From an uncultured Methanosarcinales archaeon (GTDB lineage Archaea; Nanobdellota; Nanobdellia; Woesearchaeales; GW2011-AR4): a stretch of DNA of 64,000 bases. The translations under genes and the position numbers were made by a program. Below are positions 39,659-50,296 of the stretch, piece by piece. Location: the NCBI GenBank assembly GCA_964454865.1, contig CAYVTQ010000001.1, forward strand, positions 3,554 through 67,553. The letters are read 5' to 3'. The notes beneath the pieces were generated by a model that had not been told where the DNA came from, ran no database searches, and was given only the letters and a program-made list of their open reading frames with translations. The first letter of the stretch is position 1; the number at the start of each line of letters is the position of its first letter.

Positions 39659-40716
39659 ACCTGCCGCTCAGAATGAGGCTTTTTGCCTACAGGATTTTAT
39701 CCACTCCGTATGGAAGAGTTATTTTGCGCATTTTTTCGCATTTAATTCATGCCAAGGGAATGGGGCTATTCAAGCAAGCTAGTGCCAAAAAGCCGTTTAT
39801 AGTTTCTATAACGATTGACACGGAATCCGGCTATGTGGATGCGGACGAAAGAAGAGTATGGCAGAATGAAAATCCGAGAGCTTTCATGGGGTTCTATAAA
39901 GGCATTAAAAACTGGAAGGACCTGTTCAGAAAATACGGCGTGAAATCCACATTTTTTGTGTCCACCCAATGCTTTGATTCAAATGGAAGCGACCATGAAA
40001 AAATAGCCTCAGCGCTTAACGAGGCTGTTTCAGAGGGGCACGAGATGGGACTTCACATGCACCCCGACAGCGACTTTGCGCTGCAGAAGGCTATCGGGAA
40101 AAAATTCAGCCGGACAAGCGCGATTTATTATGATACAGAAACAAAAAAGCAAATGATAATGGAAGCAAGGAAGATGCTGATTAAAAATATCAGGAACCTC
40201 AGGAAAGTTGTGAGCTTTAGATGGGGCAATTGGGGGCTTGACTCCGGAGCTGTTGAAGCGCTGCACCAGCTTGGCTTTGAAGTGGATTCTTCGGCCACTC
40301 CGGGAATAAAAGGGCATATCGGAGACGGAATGGATTATGACTGGGCGAATGTGGACAGCCATTACCCATGGCTTCTCTCCACAGGCAACTATAAAGACGT
40401 AAAGAAACCCGATTCAGGCGTATTGGAGCTGCCCATAGCGACTTTCAGCCTTTTAGGGCTGACGCTGCGCGCAGACCCTGTTAATCTTGAGCTGTTAAAA
40501 GGCTCCTTTGACTATTATTACAAGAACTCCGACAGGAGCAAAAAGCCTTTTGTGTTTGTAGTCATATCACACAGCCCCGAGTCTACATATATTGACGGGA
40601 GAAAAACCAAAGTTATAGTGACCATGGAGGATTTCATAAAGCATGCATCAAAGCGCGCTGATGTCAGATTCGTGCCTCTTGATGATGCAGCTCATTTCCT
40701 GCGGCAGGATACATAG
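39655..40716 (+). CDS. polysaccharide deacetylase family protein
   Basis: TIDTE, TFF, HEMGLHMHP, FRWG, DSS, ELP; ATGA overlap with the GT4 gene. Confidence 0.82.
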   Translation: MNLPLRMRLFAYRILSTPYGRVILRIFSHLIHAKGMGLFKQASAKKPFIVSITIDTESGYVDADERRVWQNENPRAFMGFYKGIKNWKDLFRKYGVKSTFFVSTQCFDSNGSDHEKIASALNEAVSEGHEMGLHMHPDSDFALQKAIGKKFSRTSAIYYDTETKKQMIMEARKMLIKNIRNLRKVVSFRWGNWGLDSGAVEALHQLGFEVDSSATPGIKGHIGDGMDYDWANVDSHYPWLLSTGNYKDVKKPDSGVLELPIATFSLLGLTLRADPVNLELLKGSFDYYYKNSDRSKKPFVFVVISHSPESTYIDGRKTKVIVTMEDFIKHASKRADVRFVPLDDAAHFLRQDT

Positions 40717-41351
40717 CAGTATGTAGCCCATCTGCCTGTATTGTCAAAAACATCAAGCAAGCTCAGGGACTGCGCCAGAAAATAAAAGGGATACAATCCG
40801 AGCTTTAAGACAGGAGATAAAATGCCCAAAGATTTTGGAAGCATAAATCTTGCTCCCTTAATGGCGGAATGGATGACCACTGCAGGCACATTAAAAATTC
40901 CCCCGACAGTTCCTGATTCTTTGACTATGAAATCCTTTCCGACTATCTCTTTCAATCCATATTCGGTGAACCTGTACTTGTCATAAGGCGCGTCATGGAG
41001 GGGGTAAATGAAAGGGGCAAGAATAAAAAGCGTGCCGCCCTTTTTCAGCACTCTTGCAGCCTCTTCCAATACTTTGCGGGGATCATCCAGATAGTAAAGC
41101 GAATTTATGCTTATCACAGCATCAAAATGGCTTTTGGCGAAGGGCAGCCCTTTGTTTGCATCCCATTCAACATCAGCCCTTTCTGTCCCGGATTTGTCAA
41201 GGCCGATTATCCTGCCGCCAATAAGTTTGTGGTATTGAGGATCATTTCCGCATCCTATGTCAAGAATTGTCCCATTAACATTTCTGAAATTTCTTCTTAT
41301 TATCCGCGATATTTTTTCCCTTATTATGAAAAATTCCGCTTTCATAGTCAC
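40692..41351 (-). CDS. class I SAM-dependent methyltransferase
   Basis: ILDIGCG, RVLKKGG, PF..PLHDAPYD.YRFT. Confidence 0.88.
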   Translation of the reverse strand: MTMKAEFFIIREKISRIIRRNFRNVNGTILDIGCGNDPQYHKLIGGRIIGLDKSGTERADVEWDANKGLPFAKSHFDAVISINSLYYLDDPRKVLEEAARVLKKGGTLFILAPFIYPLHDAPYDKYRFTEYGLKEIVGKDFIVKESGTVGGIFNVPAVVIHSAIKGARFMLPKSLGILSPVLKLGLYPFYFLAQSLSLLDVFDNTGRWATYCYVSCRRK

Positions 41352-42238
41352 TTTTTCAGCATATCCGCTATAAACCCAAAAATCATTATCTGAAGGCCGA
41401 TGCTTAATACAAGTATATCAAGCATCATTAGCCCGAGATGCCTGAACACTCCCCCGCCAAAAATCTGGAAATATACAAGATAGGCGCCAAGCAGGAAGCC
41501 GACAAGCAAAAGGGCGCATGCAGCAATGCCAAAAAATTTCAAAGGCTCATAATCCCTGTATATCCTTATCAGGTTTATCCATGCCCTGATGGCATAGCTG
41601 AAAGGGTTTTTCACAAGCCTGCTCTTGTCATTTCTCCTGGCAAAATAAACCGGCACTTCTTTTATCCTGAATTTTTCTCTTACTGCCTTTATTATCTGCT
41701 CCTGGGTATAGGTATATCCGGAAATGATTTTTATCTTTCTTGCAGCTTCAGAAGTGAATGCGCGGAAGCCTGTCTGCGCGTCCGAAATATGTATCCCTGT
41801 AATATTTGTTATCACTTGTGAAAATGCCCTGTTCCCCATCCTTTTTATCCACGGCATATGCTCTATTTTCCCCATGAACCTGCTTCCGAGCACCAAGTCG
41901 TAGCCTTTTTTTATTTGTTCAAGAAGCTTTGGGATCTCCTCAGGAAGATACTGGCGGTCAGCATCTATGTGGACAACAACATCAGCGCCTAATTCAAGGG
42001 ATTTTTCTATTTCTGTCTTGAATGTCTCAGCCAGGCCATAATTTTTTGGATGCCGGTAAGCCCTTGCTCCGTGCCTTGAAGCCGCATCCGCTGTTTTGTC
42101 CCTGCTCCCGTCATCGACAACGAGAATCTGGTACGAGGACTTATACTCGGTAGAATTCATGGCTTTCTTGATATCTGCTATTAGATGTGCTATGCTTTTT
42201 TCCTCGTTGTAGGCAGGTATTGTTATTACAATATTCAT
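41348..42238 (-). CDS. glycosyltransferase family 2 (DPM-synthase-like, two C-terminal TMs)
   Basis: IPAYNEE, VDDGS.D.T, DAD.Q, GSRF, DAQTGFRAF. Confidence 0.92.
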   Translation of the reverse strand: MNIVITIPAYNEEKSIAHLIADIKKAMNSTEYKSSYQILVVDDGSRDKTADAASRHGARAYRHPKNYGLAETFKTEIEKSLELGADVVVHIDADRQYLPEEIPKLLEQIKKGYDLVLGSRFMGKIEHMPWIKRMGNRAFSQVITNITGIHISDAQTGFRAFTSEAARKIKIISGYTYTQEQIIKAVREKFRIKEVPVYFARRNDKSRLVKNPFSYAIRAWINLIRIYRDYEPLKFFGIAACALLLVGFLLGAYLVYFQIFGGGVFRHLGLMMLDILVLSIGLQIMIFGFIADMLKK

Positions 42239-42284
42239 TGGCTCGTAGGAACAAAATACACTTTATATATGTTTCTTAATAGGT

Positions 42285-42580
42285 AGCTTTGTGTAAAAAG
42301 CAGGTTTGGCATCTTCATTTGCGGGCATCTTCAAAGATTCAAGCAGGCATGCTCGAACAAAGTTCGGCACCGCATGGGTGGAAAAGGAAATTGCAGCGGA
42401 GGAATCGTTGTTCCTCCTGACGTAGCAAACTTGTTTGCTACGCAATGGGAAACTACGGAGTAGTTACCGAAAATCCAATCAGGATTGTCTGTTGATTTTC
42501 GAGTATTTTTGCTTTATCGCTACACATCAAAATGCGAACTGATGCCAAAACCCGAGCAAAGCGAGTTTTTACACAAAGCC
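42285..42580. mobile_element. MITE-like element copy 4 (about 296 bp)
   Basis: TIR gctttgtgtaaaaa/tttttacacaaagc; flanking direct repeat ttaataggt (9 bp, extendable to cttaataggta); core shared with copy 8. Confidence 0.85.
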
Positions 42581-42642
42581 TTAATAGGTAACAAAAACCT
42601 TTATAAAAAATCAATTTAGGCTGTACCCTAATTAAAATCAAA

Positions 42643-43428
42643 ATGCCAACCAAAGATTCAAAGCCGGAAGTGATAATTGTAGCGGGCGGGCTTGGCACAC
42701 GAATGGAGTCCCTGAGCAGGGATGTCCCAAAATGCCTTGTAAATCTGAATGGAAAGCCAATAATTCTCCATCAAATAGAATTTTTTAGGAGTAACGGCTA
42801 TACAAAGTTTGTTTTTTGCATTGGCCATCTGGGGGCTAAAATTAAGGAGTACTTCAAAGACGGGAGCCGGTTTGGAGTGGATATAATATATTCTGAAGAG
42901 AATGGCGCATTATTAGGCACTGCCGGATCAGTCAGATTAGCAAAAAGCCGCTTAAACAACACTTTCATTGTTTACTATGGGGACAGCCTCACTAATGAGG
43001 ATTTTGATGAAGTCCTTGATTTCCACAGGCAAAAAAACAGCGATTTCACTGTCGTCCTAAGGGAGCTGCCAAAGGATTATGCCAGCAGCAGCGTGATTGT
43101 GATGGATGATGATAACAGGATCAAGGCTTTTTTTGAAAAGCCCGGGAATGATGAGTTGAAATCGGGCATAAAAGGGAAAAAATACATAAATAACGGCATT
43201 TATTTTATAGAGCCGGAAATCCTGCAGGAGGTGCCGCCCAAAGCGAAATATGACTTCGGCGGGCAACTGATACCGAAATTGATTGAAAAAAACAGAAAGG
43301 TTTATGGTTATGTCAGCCATAAGCTATTTGCAGAAATTGGAAGGGTGGAAAAATTCGGGGAATTCGATAAAAAATTAAAGGGCGGCGGGATAGAAGATGG
43401 ATGGAAACAAAGCGGTTTTTTTAGATAG
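42643..43428 (+). CDS. sugar-1-phosphate nucleotidyltransferase (HddC-like)
   Basis: AGGLGTR..PK, LGTAG, YGD, EKP, N.GIY. Confidence 0.88.
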   Translation: MPTKDSKPEVIIVAGGLGTRMESLSRDVPKCLVNLNGKPIILHQIEFFRSNGYTKFVFCIGHLGAKIKEYFKDGSRFGVDIIYSEENGALLGTAGSVRLAKSRLNNTFIVYYGDSLTNEDFDEVLDFHRQKNSDFTVVLRELPKDYASSSVIVMDDDNRIKAFFEKPGNDELKSGIKGKKYINNGIYFIEPEILQEVPPKAKYDFGGQLIPKLIEKNRKVYGYVSHKLFAEIGRVEKFGEFDKKLKGGGIEDGWKQSGFFR

Positions 43429-43951
43429 GGACGGGGTAATAAACCATGTTTGCTATCATGATGATAAGGGAATCTATAGCGCTACGAGTATGCAGGAGTT
43501 CAAAGTCCTGCCTAATGTAAAAAAAAACATCCGATCCTTAAAAGGCAAAGGATACAAAATAGTTGTAGTTTCGAATCAGCCTGGGATTGCTTTTGGATAT
43601 CTAAGCGAGCAAGAAGTCAGGAAAATAGATGAATTTATGAAAAATGAAATCGGCGTCGATGCTGTATATAACTGCCCGCATCACCCCAAATTCAAAAAAT
43701 GCAGCTGCAGGAAGCCAAAAGACGGCATGCTAAAGCAGGCTGCCAAAGATCTTAATATAGACTTGAGCAGGTCATTTATTGTGGGGGACAACCTGGCAGA
43801 TATAGCAGCAGGCAAAAAATGCAGGGAGACTTTTTTGGTTGCAAGAAAGATAACTGTAGATTTGCTAAACCTTATTGAAGACGAGGGAGTTAAGCCTACA
43901 CACATAGTAAAATCCTTGGAAGAGGCTGCAAGAAGAATATTATTGGGTTAG
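43397..43951 (+). CDS. gmhB: heptose-bisphosphate phosphatase-like HAD-IIIA
   Basis: FLDRDGVIN, SNQ, CPHHP..C.CRKP, GD. Confidence 0.9.
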   Translation: MDGNKAVFLDRDGVINHVCYHDDKGIYSATSMQEFKVLPNVKKNIRSLKGKGYKIVVVSNQPGIAFGYLSEQEVRKIDEFMKNEIGVDAVYNCPHHPKFKKCSCRKPKDGMLKQAAKDLNIDLSRSFIVGDNLADIAAGKKCRETFLVARKITVDLLNLIEDEGVKPTHIVKSLEEAARRILLG

Positions 43952-44035
43952 GGCTATAACAAATTTACACTATTTAAATCTTTCTACGAAACATTTATAT
44001 AAAGATTCTAAACACATAACCACGGGGAAAATAAG

Positions 44036-45040
44036 ATGATAATTACAAGGACTCCTCTTAGGATATCTTTAGGAGGAGGCGGCACTGATCTGCCTTTTTA
44101 CTGCTCCAAATTCGGCTCGTCCCTCATTACAGCAGCTATAAACAAGTATGTGTACATCACGGTCAGTAAAAGAGTCGAAAAATCAATAAAGATCAATTAT
44201 TCTAAAACTGAGATAGCAAATTCTATTGATGAAATAAACCATCCCCTGATAAGGGAGGCATTGAGGTTTGTAGATATAAACAATTCGATAGAAATCCACT
44301 CCGTAGGGGAGGTTGAAGCAGGGACAGGCTTGGGCTCGTCTTCAGTTTTTCTTGTGGGATTATTGAATGCCCTGTATTACTATAAAGGGGAGATTGTTTC
44401 AAAATACAAATTAGCTGAAGACGCATCGCATATTATGATGGAAATACTGAATGAATCCTGCGGCAAACAGGATCAATATGCAGCGGCATTCGGCAATCTG
44501 AACCATCTTAAAATAAACACCAGGGGGAGGGTAAATATATCCCCTGTAAACATAACTTATGAAAATCTCAAGGAATTGGAAAAGAACCTGATGATGTTTT
44601 ATACCGGATTCCGAAGAGACGCCAATGCCCTATTGAGCAATCAGAAAAAAATGGCGGAAAAAGGCGAGGATTCCTCTAAAAATGCAATTTTTGAGCATTA
44701 TCATGAGATTAAAAAAATAGGGATGGAAAGCCTGAAATGCATAGAGTCAGGGGACCTAAAAAGATTTGGCGAATGGATGAACATTCATTGGGAGCTCAAG
44801 CGGAAAATATCCGACAAGATGTCCAATTCGCAAATAGACAAGTGGTATAATGCTGCCCTTGATAATGGCGCTATCGGGGGAAAGATTGTGGGGGCCGGCG
44901 GAGGGGGCTTTCTTATGGTTTATGCCGACAAAAGCCATGATAAAATAGCCAAGGCCATGGAAAATGAAGGGCTGATCAAAATTAATTTTAAGTTTGATTT
45001 TGACGGGACAAGGATAGTGTATGACGGACTGCATTTTTAA
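44036..45040 (+). CDS. hddA: GHMP kinase, heptose-7-phosphate kinase-like
   Basis: PLRISLGGGGTD, GTGLGSS, GKQDQY, GAGGGG. Confidence 0.9.
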   Translation: MIITRTPLRISLGGGGTDLPFYCSKFGSSLITAAINKYVYITVSKRVEKSIKINYSKTEIANSIDEINHPLIREALRFVDINNSIEIHSVGEVEAGTGLGSSSVFLVGLLNALYYYKGEIVSKYKLAEDASHIMMEILNESCGKQDQYAAAFGNLNHLKINTRGRVNISPVNITYENLKELEKNLMMFYTGFRRDANALLSNQKKMAEKGEDSSKNAIFEHYHEIKKIGMESLKCIESGDLKRFGEWMNIHWELKRKISDKMSNSQIDKWYNAALDNGAIGGKIVGAGGGGFLMVYADKSHDKIAKAMENEGLIKINFKFDFDGTRIVYDGLHF

Positions 45041-45051
45041 TTGGAGGTTTT

Positions 45052-45657
45052 ATGGGGCATATTGAGTATATAACAACTTACTTTAAGGATATCAGGGAAA
45101 TTACCGAGCATATAAACAAAGAAGAGATCTCAAAAGCGATAGACATATTATTTGAAGCGTGGAAGAACGATCAAAATGTGTATTTTATAGGGTGCGGCGG
45201 AAGCGCAGGAACTGCATCGCATTTCGCAGCTGACCTTTCAAAGACCACTATTGTAAAGCCGAAAAAGAGGTTTAAGGCCCACTCTCTTGTTGACAATCCG
45301 TCCCTGATAACTGCATGGATAAATGATGATGGGTGGGAGTCTGTATTCAAGGAGCAGATTGAGAATTTCATAATGCCCGGCGATGTTGTTGTGGGGTTGA
45401 GCGTGCATGGCGGAAAAGGGAAGGGAAATTCCGGCGCATGGTCGCAAAATTTGACGCTGGCGATGGAGTATGCCAAGTACAAGGGAGGAAAATGCATCGG
45501 ATTGGCGGGCTTTGACGGAGGGGCATTCAAAGAGATATGCGATGCGTGCATAATTGTCCCAAAAGACTCGACGCCTTTGGTGGAGGGGTTTCATTGCGAC
45601 ATACAGCATTTAATAATCTTCAGGCTTAAAGAAATGATAAGCAGTTTTACCGATTAA
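45052..45657 (+). CDS. SIS-domain phosphosugar isomerase (GmhA-like, second)
   Basis: GCGGSAGTASH, TAWIND, GFDGG, EGFH. Confidence 0.85.
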   Translation: MGHIEYITTYFKDIREITEHINKEEISKAIDILFEAWKNDQNVYFIGCGGSAGTASHFAADLSKTTIVKPKKRFKAHSLVDNPSLITAWINDDGWESVFKEQIENFIMPGDVVVGLSVHGGKGKGNSGAWSQNLTLAMEYAKYKGGKCIGLAGFDGGAFKEICDACIIVPKDSTPLVEGFHCDIQHLIIFRLKEMISSFTD

Positions 45658-45680
45658 AACTGGGCAAAAGGTGCGTCAAA

Positions 45681-46355
45681 ATGGCAATTTTTTTGGATAC
45701 GGGAAATGTTGAAGTTGTTAAGAAATATATGAGCATGGGCATAATAAGGGGAGTTACTACTAATCCCACCATAATGCTGAAGTCTGGAGTGAGCGGCGGC
45801 TTAAATGGCATTAAAAAAATGGCTGTAGAGATTGCAAATCTTATTTCACCTCTGCCCTTGTCTGTCGAAGTTACAAATAATGAATACGAAGGCATGATTA
45901 AGCAGGCCATTGAGTTTTCCAAGTGGGCGAAGAATATCAACGTCAAAATAACCATTCACGGGCCAAATGGGGAGCTTCACAATTTAAGGGCTGTGCATGA
46001 GTTGGAGACAAAACATGACATAAGGGTGAATGTCACTGCAATGATGAGCGCCCAGCAATGCTTTTTGGCGGCTATGGCAGGCGCAACCTATGTGTCCCTG
46101 TTCTGCGGCAGAGTCAACAATATGGGCTATAATTCAATCGAAGAGATAAAAAAGCTGCGCAAGCTTCTGGACGATTTCCAATTGAGGTCAAAAATAATCT
46201 GCGGTTCTACAAGGGAAGTCCTGAACATCGTGGAATGGCTGGGGGCAGGAGCCCATATAGTGACTGCTGTTCCGGACTTGATTGAAGGGATGATTGTGCA
46301 CCCTTATAGCAAAGAAACAGTAAGGCAGTTTCTTGAGGATGCTGTTAAAATATAA
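45681..46355 (+). CDS. transaldolase / fructose-6-phosphate aldolase family protein
   Basis: FLDT, GVTTNPT, VKI, NVT, YVSLF.GR. Confidence 0.9.
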   Translation: MAIFLDTGNVEVVKKYMSMGIIRGVTTNPTIMLKSGVSGGLNGIKKMAVEIANLISPLPLSVEVTNNEYEGMIKQAIEFSKWAKNINVKITIHGPNGELHNLRAVHELETKHDIRVNVTAMMSAQQCFLAAMAGATYVSLFCGRVNNMGYNSIEEIKKLRKLLDDFQLRSKIICGSTREVLNIVEWLGAGAHIVTAVPDLIEGMIVHPYSKETVRQFLEDAVKI

Positions 46356-46358
46356 CGC

Positions 46359-47084
46359 CTACTTTTTCTCACCATAAATCAATATGCTGGATCCCTGCCA
46401 CCTGAAAATGGGGATTTTTTCAAACAACTCGCTCAGAAAAACTGCAATTCCAATCAAAGGTCTCGGAGTAAACGCAAATGCAAAGCAAAATGGCCTTATC
46501 TTTATCCATTTTAATCTTTTACTTTCAAAAAAACATTTATATGCCGAAGGGGAATAAGAGTTTTCATTTGCCTTCCTGTTCCTCGGGGTCAATTCCAGTA
46601 ATTTTCTTGGCAGGCTTAAGCCATTCGCTTCGCATAAGAGAAAGTACTTTCCCGTCACTCTAAGCATTTCCTGCGCCATTTTTCCCGGATTATCAACATG
46701 GTGCATAGTATTGAAGCAGCAAACCATATCAAATGAATCCTCCTTAAAATCGAGAGAGGTGGCATCCATCTGCATGGCTTCAACGCCCTTGGCTTTGATT
46801 TTTTTGACGCCTTCCGGGGATAATTCAGTAGCAACATACCTCTTTGGATTTAATGCTTTTATTATCATGCTCGAGCTTACCCCATCGCCTGCTCCGATTT
46901 CAAGTATAGACATTTTTTTTAGGTTTTTGCCTTTAAGAAAATCTATTAGATAGTTCACTTCTTTTGGAACTCTGTAATACATTCCTATCCTGCCTTCCCA
47001 TTTTTCCCTGAAAGGAATGTCCGAGCTAAATAGCTCATCATAGTACTCTTTCATCACCCTCTTATTTTTTCCCTTCATATTCAT
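46359..47084 (-). CDS. class I SAM-dependent methyltransferase
   Basis: ILEIGAGDG, MHH, RV. Confidence 0.86.
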   Translation of the reverse strand: MNMKGKNKRVMKEYYDELFSSDIPFREKWEGRIGMYYRVPKEVNYLIDFLKGKNLKKMSILEIGAGDGVSSSMIIKALNPKRYVATELSPEGVKKIKAKGVEAMQMDATSLDFKEDSFDMVCCFNTMHHVDNPGKMAQEMLRVTGKYFLLCEANGLSLPRKLLELTPRNRKANENSYSPSAYKCFFESKRLKWIKIRPFCFAFAFTPRPLIGIAVFLSELFEKIPIFRWQGSSILIYGEKK

Positions 47085-47110
47085 TCCGCTTTTGGCAATT
47101 TAACATGCAC

Positions 47111-48052
47111 TCAACTCATCTCTTCCAATAGAGCTTTTACAGATTTTACAATAGCTTCACGAGAGCTATTTTTTGCCTTCCATCCAAGCTTATGCATTTT
47201 TGCAAGATCAAACCTTACAACAGGAACATCCCCTTTCCATCCCCTTTTCCCACCAGAATGCTCAAACCTGACATTTTTCAGGCTCATCTCATTGGCAACA
47301 ATTTTTGCAATGTCATTAACAGTTATATAGTCCTCCGTTGCTATATTAAAAATGTTTACTGTTTCATTGGAGTTATTGATAGCAAAAAATATCCCTTCTA
47401 TTACATCACTTATATGGATATAAGACTTGCTCTGGTTTCCGTCCCCAAGAATCTCCAGCCTCTTGGGGCTTGTTCCCAGCTTCCTGATAAAATCATACGC
47501 CACCCCATGAGTCTGCCTCTGCCCCACCACATTTGCAAAGCGGAATATCCAGGACTGCATGTCAAACATATGGCAAAATGCGCTTATTATTCCCTCACTG
47601 CCAAGCTTGCTTGCCCCATACATTGAAATTGGCAGCAATGGCCCAAAATCTTCAGGAGTCTCCACCAATCCAGCATCCCCGTAAATTCCGCTCCCGGAGG
47701 AAAAAACGATCTTTTTTATGCCGTTTATCCTCATTGATTCAACCGCATTATAAGTGGATATTATGCCAAGGCGCAAATCCAAGTCCGTTTCCACCATGCT
47801 CTTTGCTATATCTGCATTGGCTGCCAAGTGGAAAACCATATCATGATTCTTCATGGATTTGACAAGGCTCTCCTTGTCAAGCAAGTCTCCATTTATGCAC
47901 CTGAATAGAGGATTTTTAGAGTGATGGCTTATAAAATCTTCCCTGCCGCTGCTGAAATTATCATAAACAGTAACGCTGTGCTTTTGACTTATCAGAAAAT
48001 CAGCCAGATTGCTGCCGATAAATCCCGCGCCGCCCGTTATGAAGTATTTCAT
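47111..48052 (-). CDS. NAD-dependent epimerase/dehydratase (GalE-like)
   Basis: TGGAGFIG, HLAAN, YGASK, GWKGDV. Confidence 0.92.
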   Translation of the reverse strand: MKYFITGGAGFIGSNLADFLISQKHSVTVYDNFSSGREDFISHHSKNPLFRCINGDLLDKESLVKSMKNHDMVFHLAANADIAKSMVETDLDLRLGIISTYNAVESMRINGIKKIVFSSGSGIYGDAGLVETPEDFGPLLPISMYGASKLGSEGIISAFCHMFDMQSWIFRFANVVGQRQTHGVAYDFIRKLGTSPKRLEILGDGNQSKSYIHISDVIEGIFFAINNSNETVNIFNIATEDYITVNDIAKIVANEMSLKNVRFEHSGGKRGWKGDVPVVRFDLAKMHKLGWKAKNSSREAIVKSVKALLEEMS

Positions 48053-48053
48053 T

Positions 48054-48776
48054 TTAAATTGCCCTTAGCTTCAAGCTGAAAATCTCAAAAAAAGCCCTGC
48101 ACAGCTTGAAGGGTATTTTTTCTATGGGGAGAGCGACACTTTTTTTGTAAGTATGGTTAACCGGCACCTGGCCATACCTGTATCCCATCTTTTTTGCATA
48201 TATGAACGTTTCAGCATTATAAGCCACAGTCAAACTGCCTGTCAGCGGTATAATTTTTTTTACCGCTTCATTCTTAATTATCCTAAAACCGCAATTAGAG
48301 TCCCTCAGCCATACATTAAACAGCACTCCCATCAGCATATTATTTATTCTTGAAACAAAAACCCTGTAGTAAGGCTTCCTGTTGATTTTGTAGCCCACCA
48401 CTAAGTCTAGACTGTTATTTATAATCTTGTCCCATAATAACCAGAAATCTGACGGCTTATGCTCCCCGTCAGAATCAGTAAAAAATATATATTCTCCTTT
48501 TGCCTGCATATATATTTCCTTAACGGCTTGTATGTACCCCCTCCTATGCTCGCAAAGGTTTAAATCGAGATCGTACTTCTTTTGTATGCTCCTGAGAATC
48601 TCCCTGGTATTGTCCCTGCTGCCGTCTTCCGCAATGATAACTTCAGCCTCACCCAGCCCCAACTTCCTGAATTTTTGGATTATTTTATTATTAATCTCAC
48701 TAATTAGTTCTTCAATCTTTTCGTTCTCATAAACAGGCATGAGTATTGACAATTTTATCTTTTTTTTAATCGCCAT
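48054..48776 (-). CDS. glycosyltransferase family 2
   Basis: AEDGS.D.T, DSDG, DSNCGFR. Confidence 0.88.
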   Translation of the reverse strand: MAIKKKIKLSILMPVYENEKIEELISEINNKIIQKFRKLGLGEAEVIIAEDGSRDNTREILRSIQKKYDLDLNLCEHRRGYIQAVKEIYMQAKGEYIFFTDSDGEHKPSDFWLLWDKIINNSLDLVVGYKINRKPYYRVFVSRINNMLMGVLFNVWLRDSNCGFRIIKNEAVKKIIPLTGSLTVAYNAETFIYAKKMGYRYGQVPVNHTYKKSVALPIEKIPFKLCRAFFEIFSLKLRAI

Positions 48777-48907
48777 TGGTGGTTGGTTTTTTGGAAATTA
48801 TTTAAAGGTTATTACGCCTAGCCAAGTCAATACCCTCAATCATATATTCCGTCCCTTTTTAAAGCATCTTTAGACCGGCACAACCCCCAACAATGATTAT
48901 GGGCGGC

Positions 48908-50209
48908 CTATTCCAATTTAACACCATGCCCCTTTATTTTCTTTGCAAGCTCAAATGCGTGCCTTATCACAGCATCGGTATTGAGATATTCAAATTCCGC
49001 AAATCTTCCGCACAGGTGTATTCCGATTGAATCAAAATATTCCCTTATCATCCTGAGCTTGTCAAGATAGCCAATAGTATTGACGACATACCCGTATCTC
49101 GCATTGACCAAATCAGTTTCACAGACCTCCTTTGAATCAATAAATCCTTCCTGCTCCATTGTATCGATTACATGGTGTATCAATTCTTCATTAGGCATTC
49201 CGGATATCCTGTCTCCGGGATAATAAGTAAATTCCGCAGTTATTGTGTGCTTGCCCGGGGGAGCATGATCGGCATTCAAGAATGTATAAAAGCATAGCCT
49301 ATGATAAAGCGTATTTTCAGATGGAATGTATATGCCAAATTTATCCGTAAATTTTATCTTGTTTAGCCCTATCATTACTACAATAACTCCATTATACCTC
49401 AAAGAATGAATTGCATCGGCAATCTTCTGAGGCGCGCCGGCAAGGCAGCCCAGCAATTCCGGCAGGGGCATTGTGGAAATAATTTGGTCGTACTTCTTCT
49501 CGCTTTTGCCGTCTGAAACTACCCACCCGTCCCTGCTTTTTATGATTTTTTTGACCTTGTAATTCAGAACGACATTTTTTACATCTTTCCCCAGCGCCAA
49601 GACAAGGCTCTCAATGCCTCCTCTTTCAGGATACCAGAAATTAAGCTGATGGGTATATCCTTCAGTGGATATTCCAATTGCAGATTTTATTATATCCTCG
49701 GCAGGAGGCTTTGGCACCCTGCCTTCAACCCAGTCCAGCCCAAGCTCCGAAGGATCCATCTTCCATATCTTTTTGTTGTAGGGTATGAGGTATTTTTCCG
49801 CTATTCCTTTTCCGAATGTGTAGTATATCCACTCTTTAAAATTAGCTCTTGGAGGAGGAGAATCATTATTAAAGAAATGCAAGAGGCATTCAAAAAGATC
49901 TCCTTTGTCAAGCTCATTAAGCCCATTCTCAAAAGGATATTTTATGAAATTTTTTTTGAACCATATCTTGTTGTTTCTATAATGGCTTTTTATATTACCC
50001 TGCTGTTTTTTTAGCATGAATCTCAGTATATCCTTGTCTTTGGAGAAGATTATATGGCCGCCCATATCATAGCTGAAGCCGTTCTTTTTCTTTGTTTTGC
50101 AATGCCCCCCTATCCTGCTGAATTCTTCAAGAATTTCATACTCGGAGTCTCCCAGAAAATATGCTGCAGATATGCCTGCCAGCCCCCCTCCAAGTATCCC
50201 TATCTTCAT
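48908..50209 (-). CDS. FAD-dependent oxidoreductase (pyranose-mutase/HemY-like)
   Basis: GGGLAG, GGH..FS, PYNKKIW, F.YP..GG, GRFAEFEY.N.D. Confidence 0.85.
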   Translation of the reverse strand: MKIGILGGGLAGISAAYFLGDSEYEILEEFSRIGGHCKTKKKNGFSYDMGGHIIFSKDKDILRFMLKKQQGNIKSHYRNNKIWFKKNFIKYPFENGLNELDKGDLFECLLHFFNNDSPPPRANFKEWIYYTFGKGIAEKYLIPYNKKIWKMDPSELGLDWVEGRVPKPPAEDIIKSAIGISTEGYTHQLNFWYPERGGIESLVLALGKDVKNVVLNYKVKKIIKSRDGWVVSDGKSEKKYDQIISTMPLPELLGCLAGAPQKIADAIHSLRYNGVIVVMIGLNKIKFTDKFGIYIPSENTLYHRLCFYTFLNADHAPPGKHTITAEFTYYPGDRISGMPNEELIHHVIDTMEQEGFIDSKEVCETDLVNARYGYVVNTIGYLDKLRMIREYFDSIGIHLCGRFAEFEYLNTDAVIRHAFELAKKIKGHGVKLE

Positions 50210-50296
50210 GGATTTTAGCAACTGCAGTTAATTTAAAAATGTTTCCCGGCAATCGGCAGATTAAGATACCGATTTTTTAGAATATAGCGCGGATTG

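Noticed and set aside
48777..48907. Intergenic stretch translating to IIIVGGCAGL and KGTEYMIEG on the minus strand
   Set aside because: Too short and interrupted by a stop; the resemblance to Rossmann or GT4 motifs may be chance.
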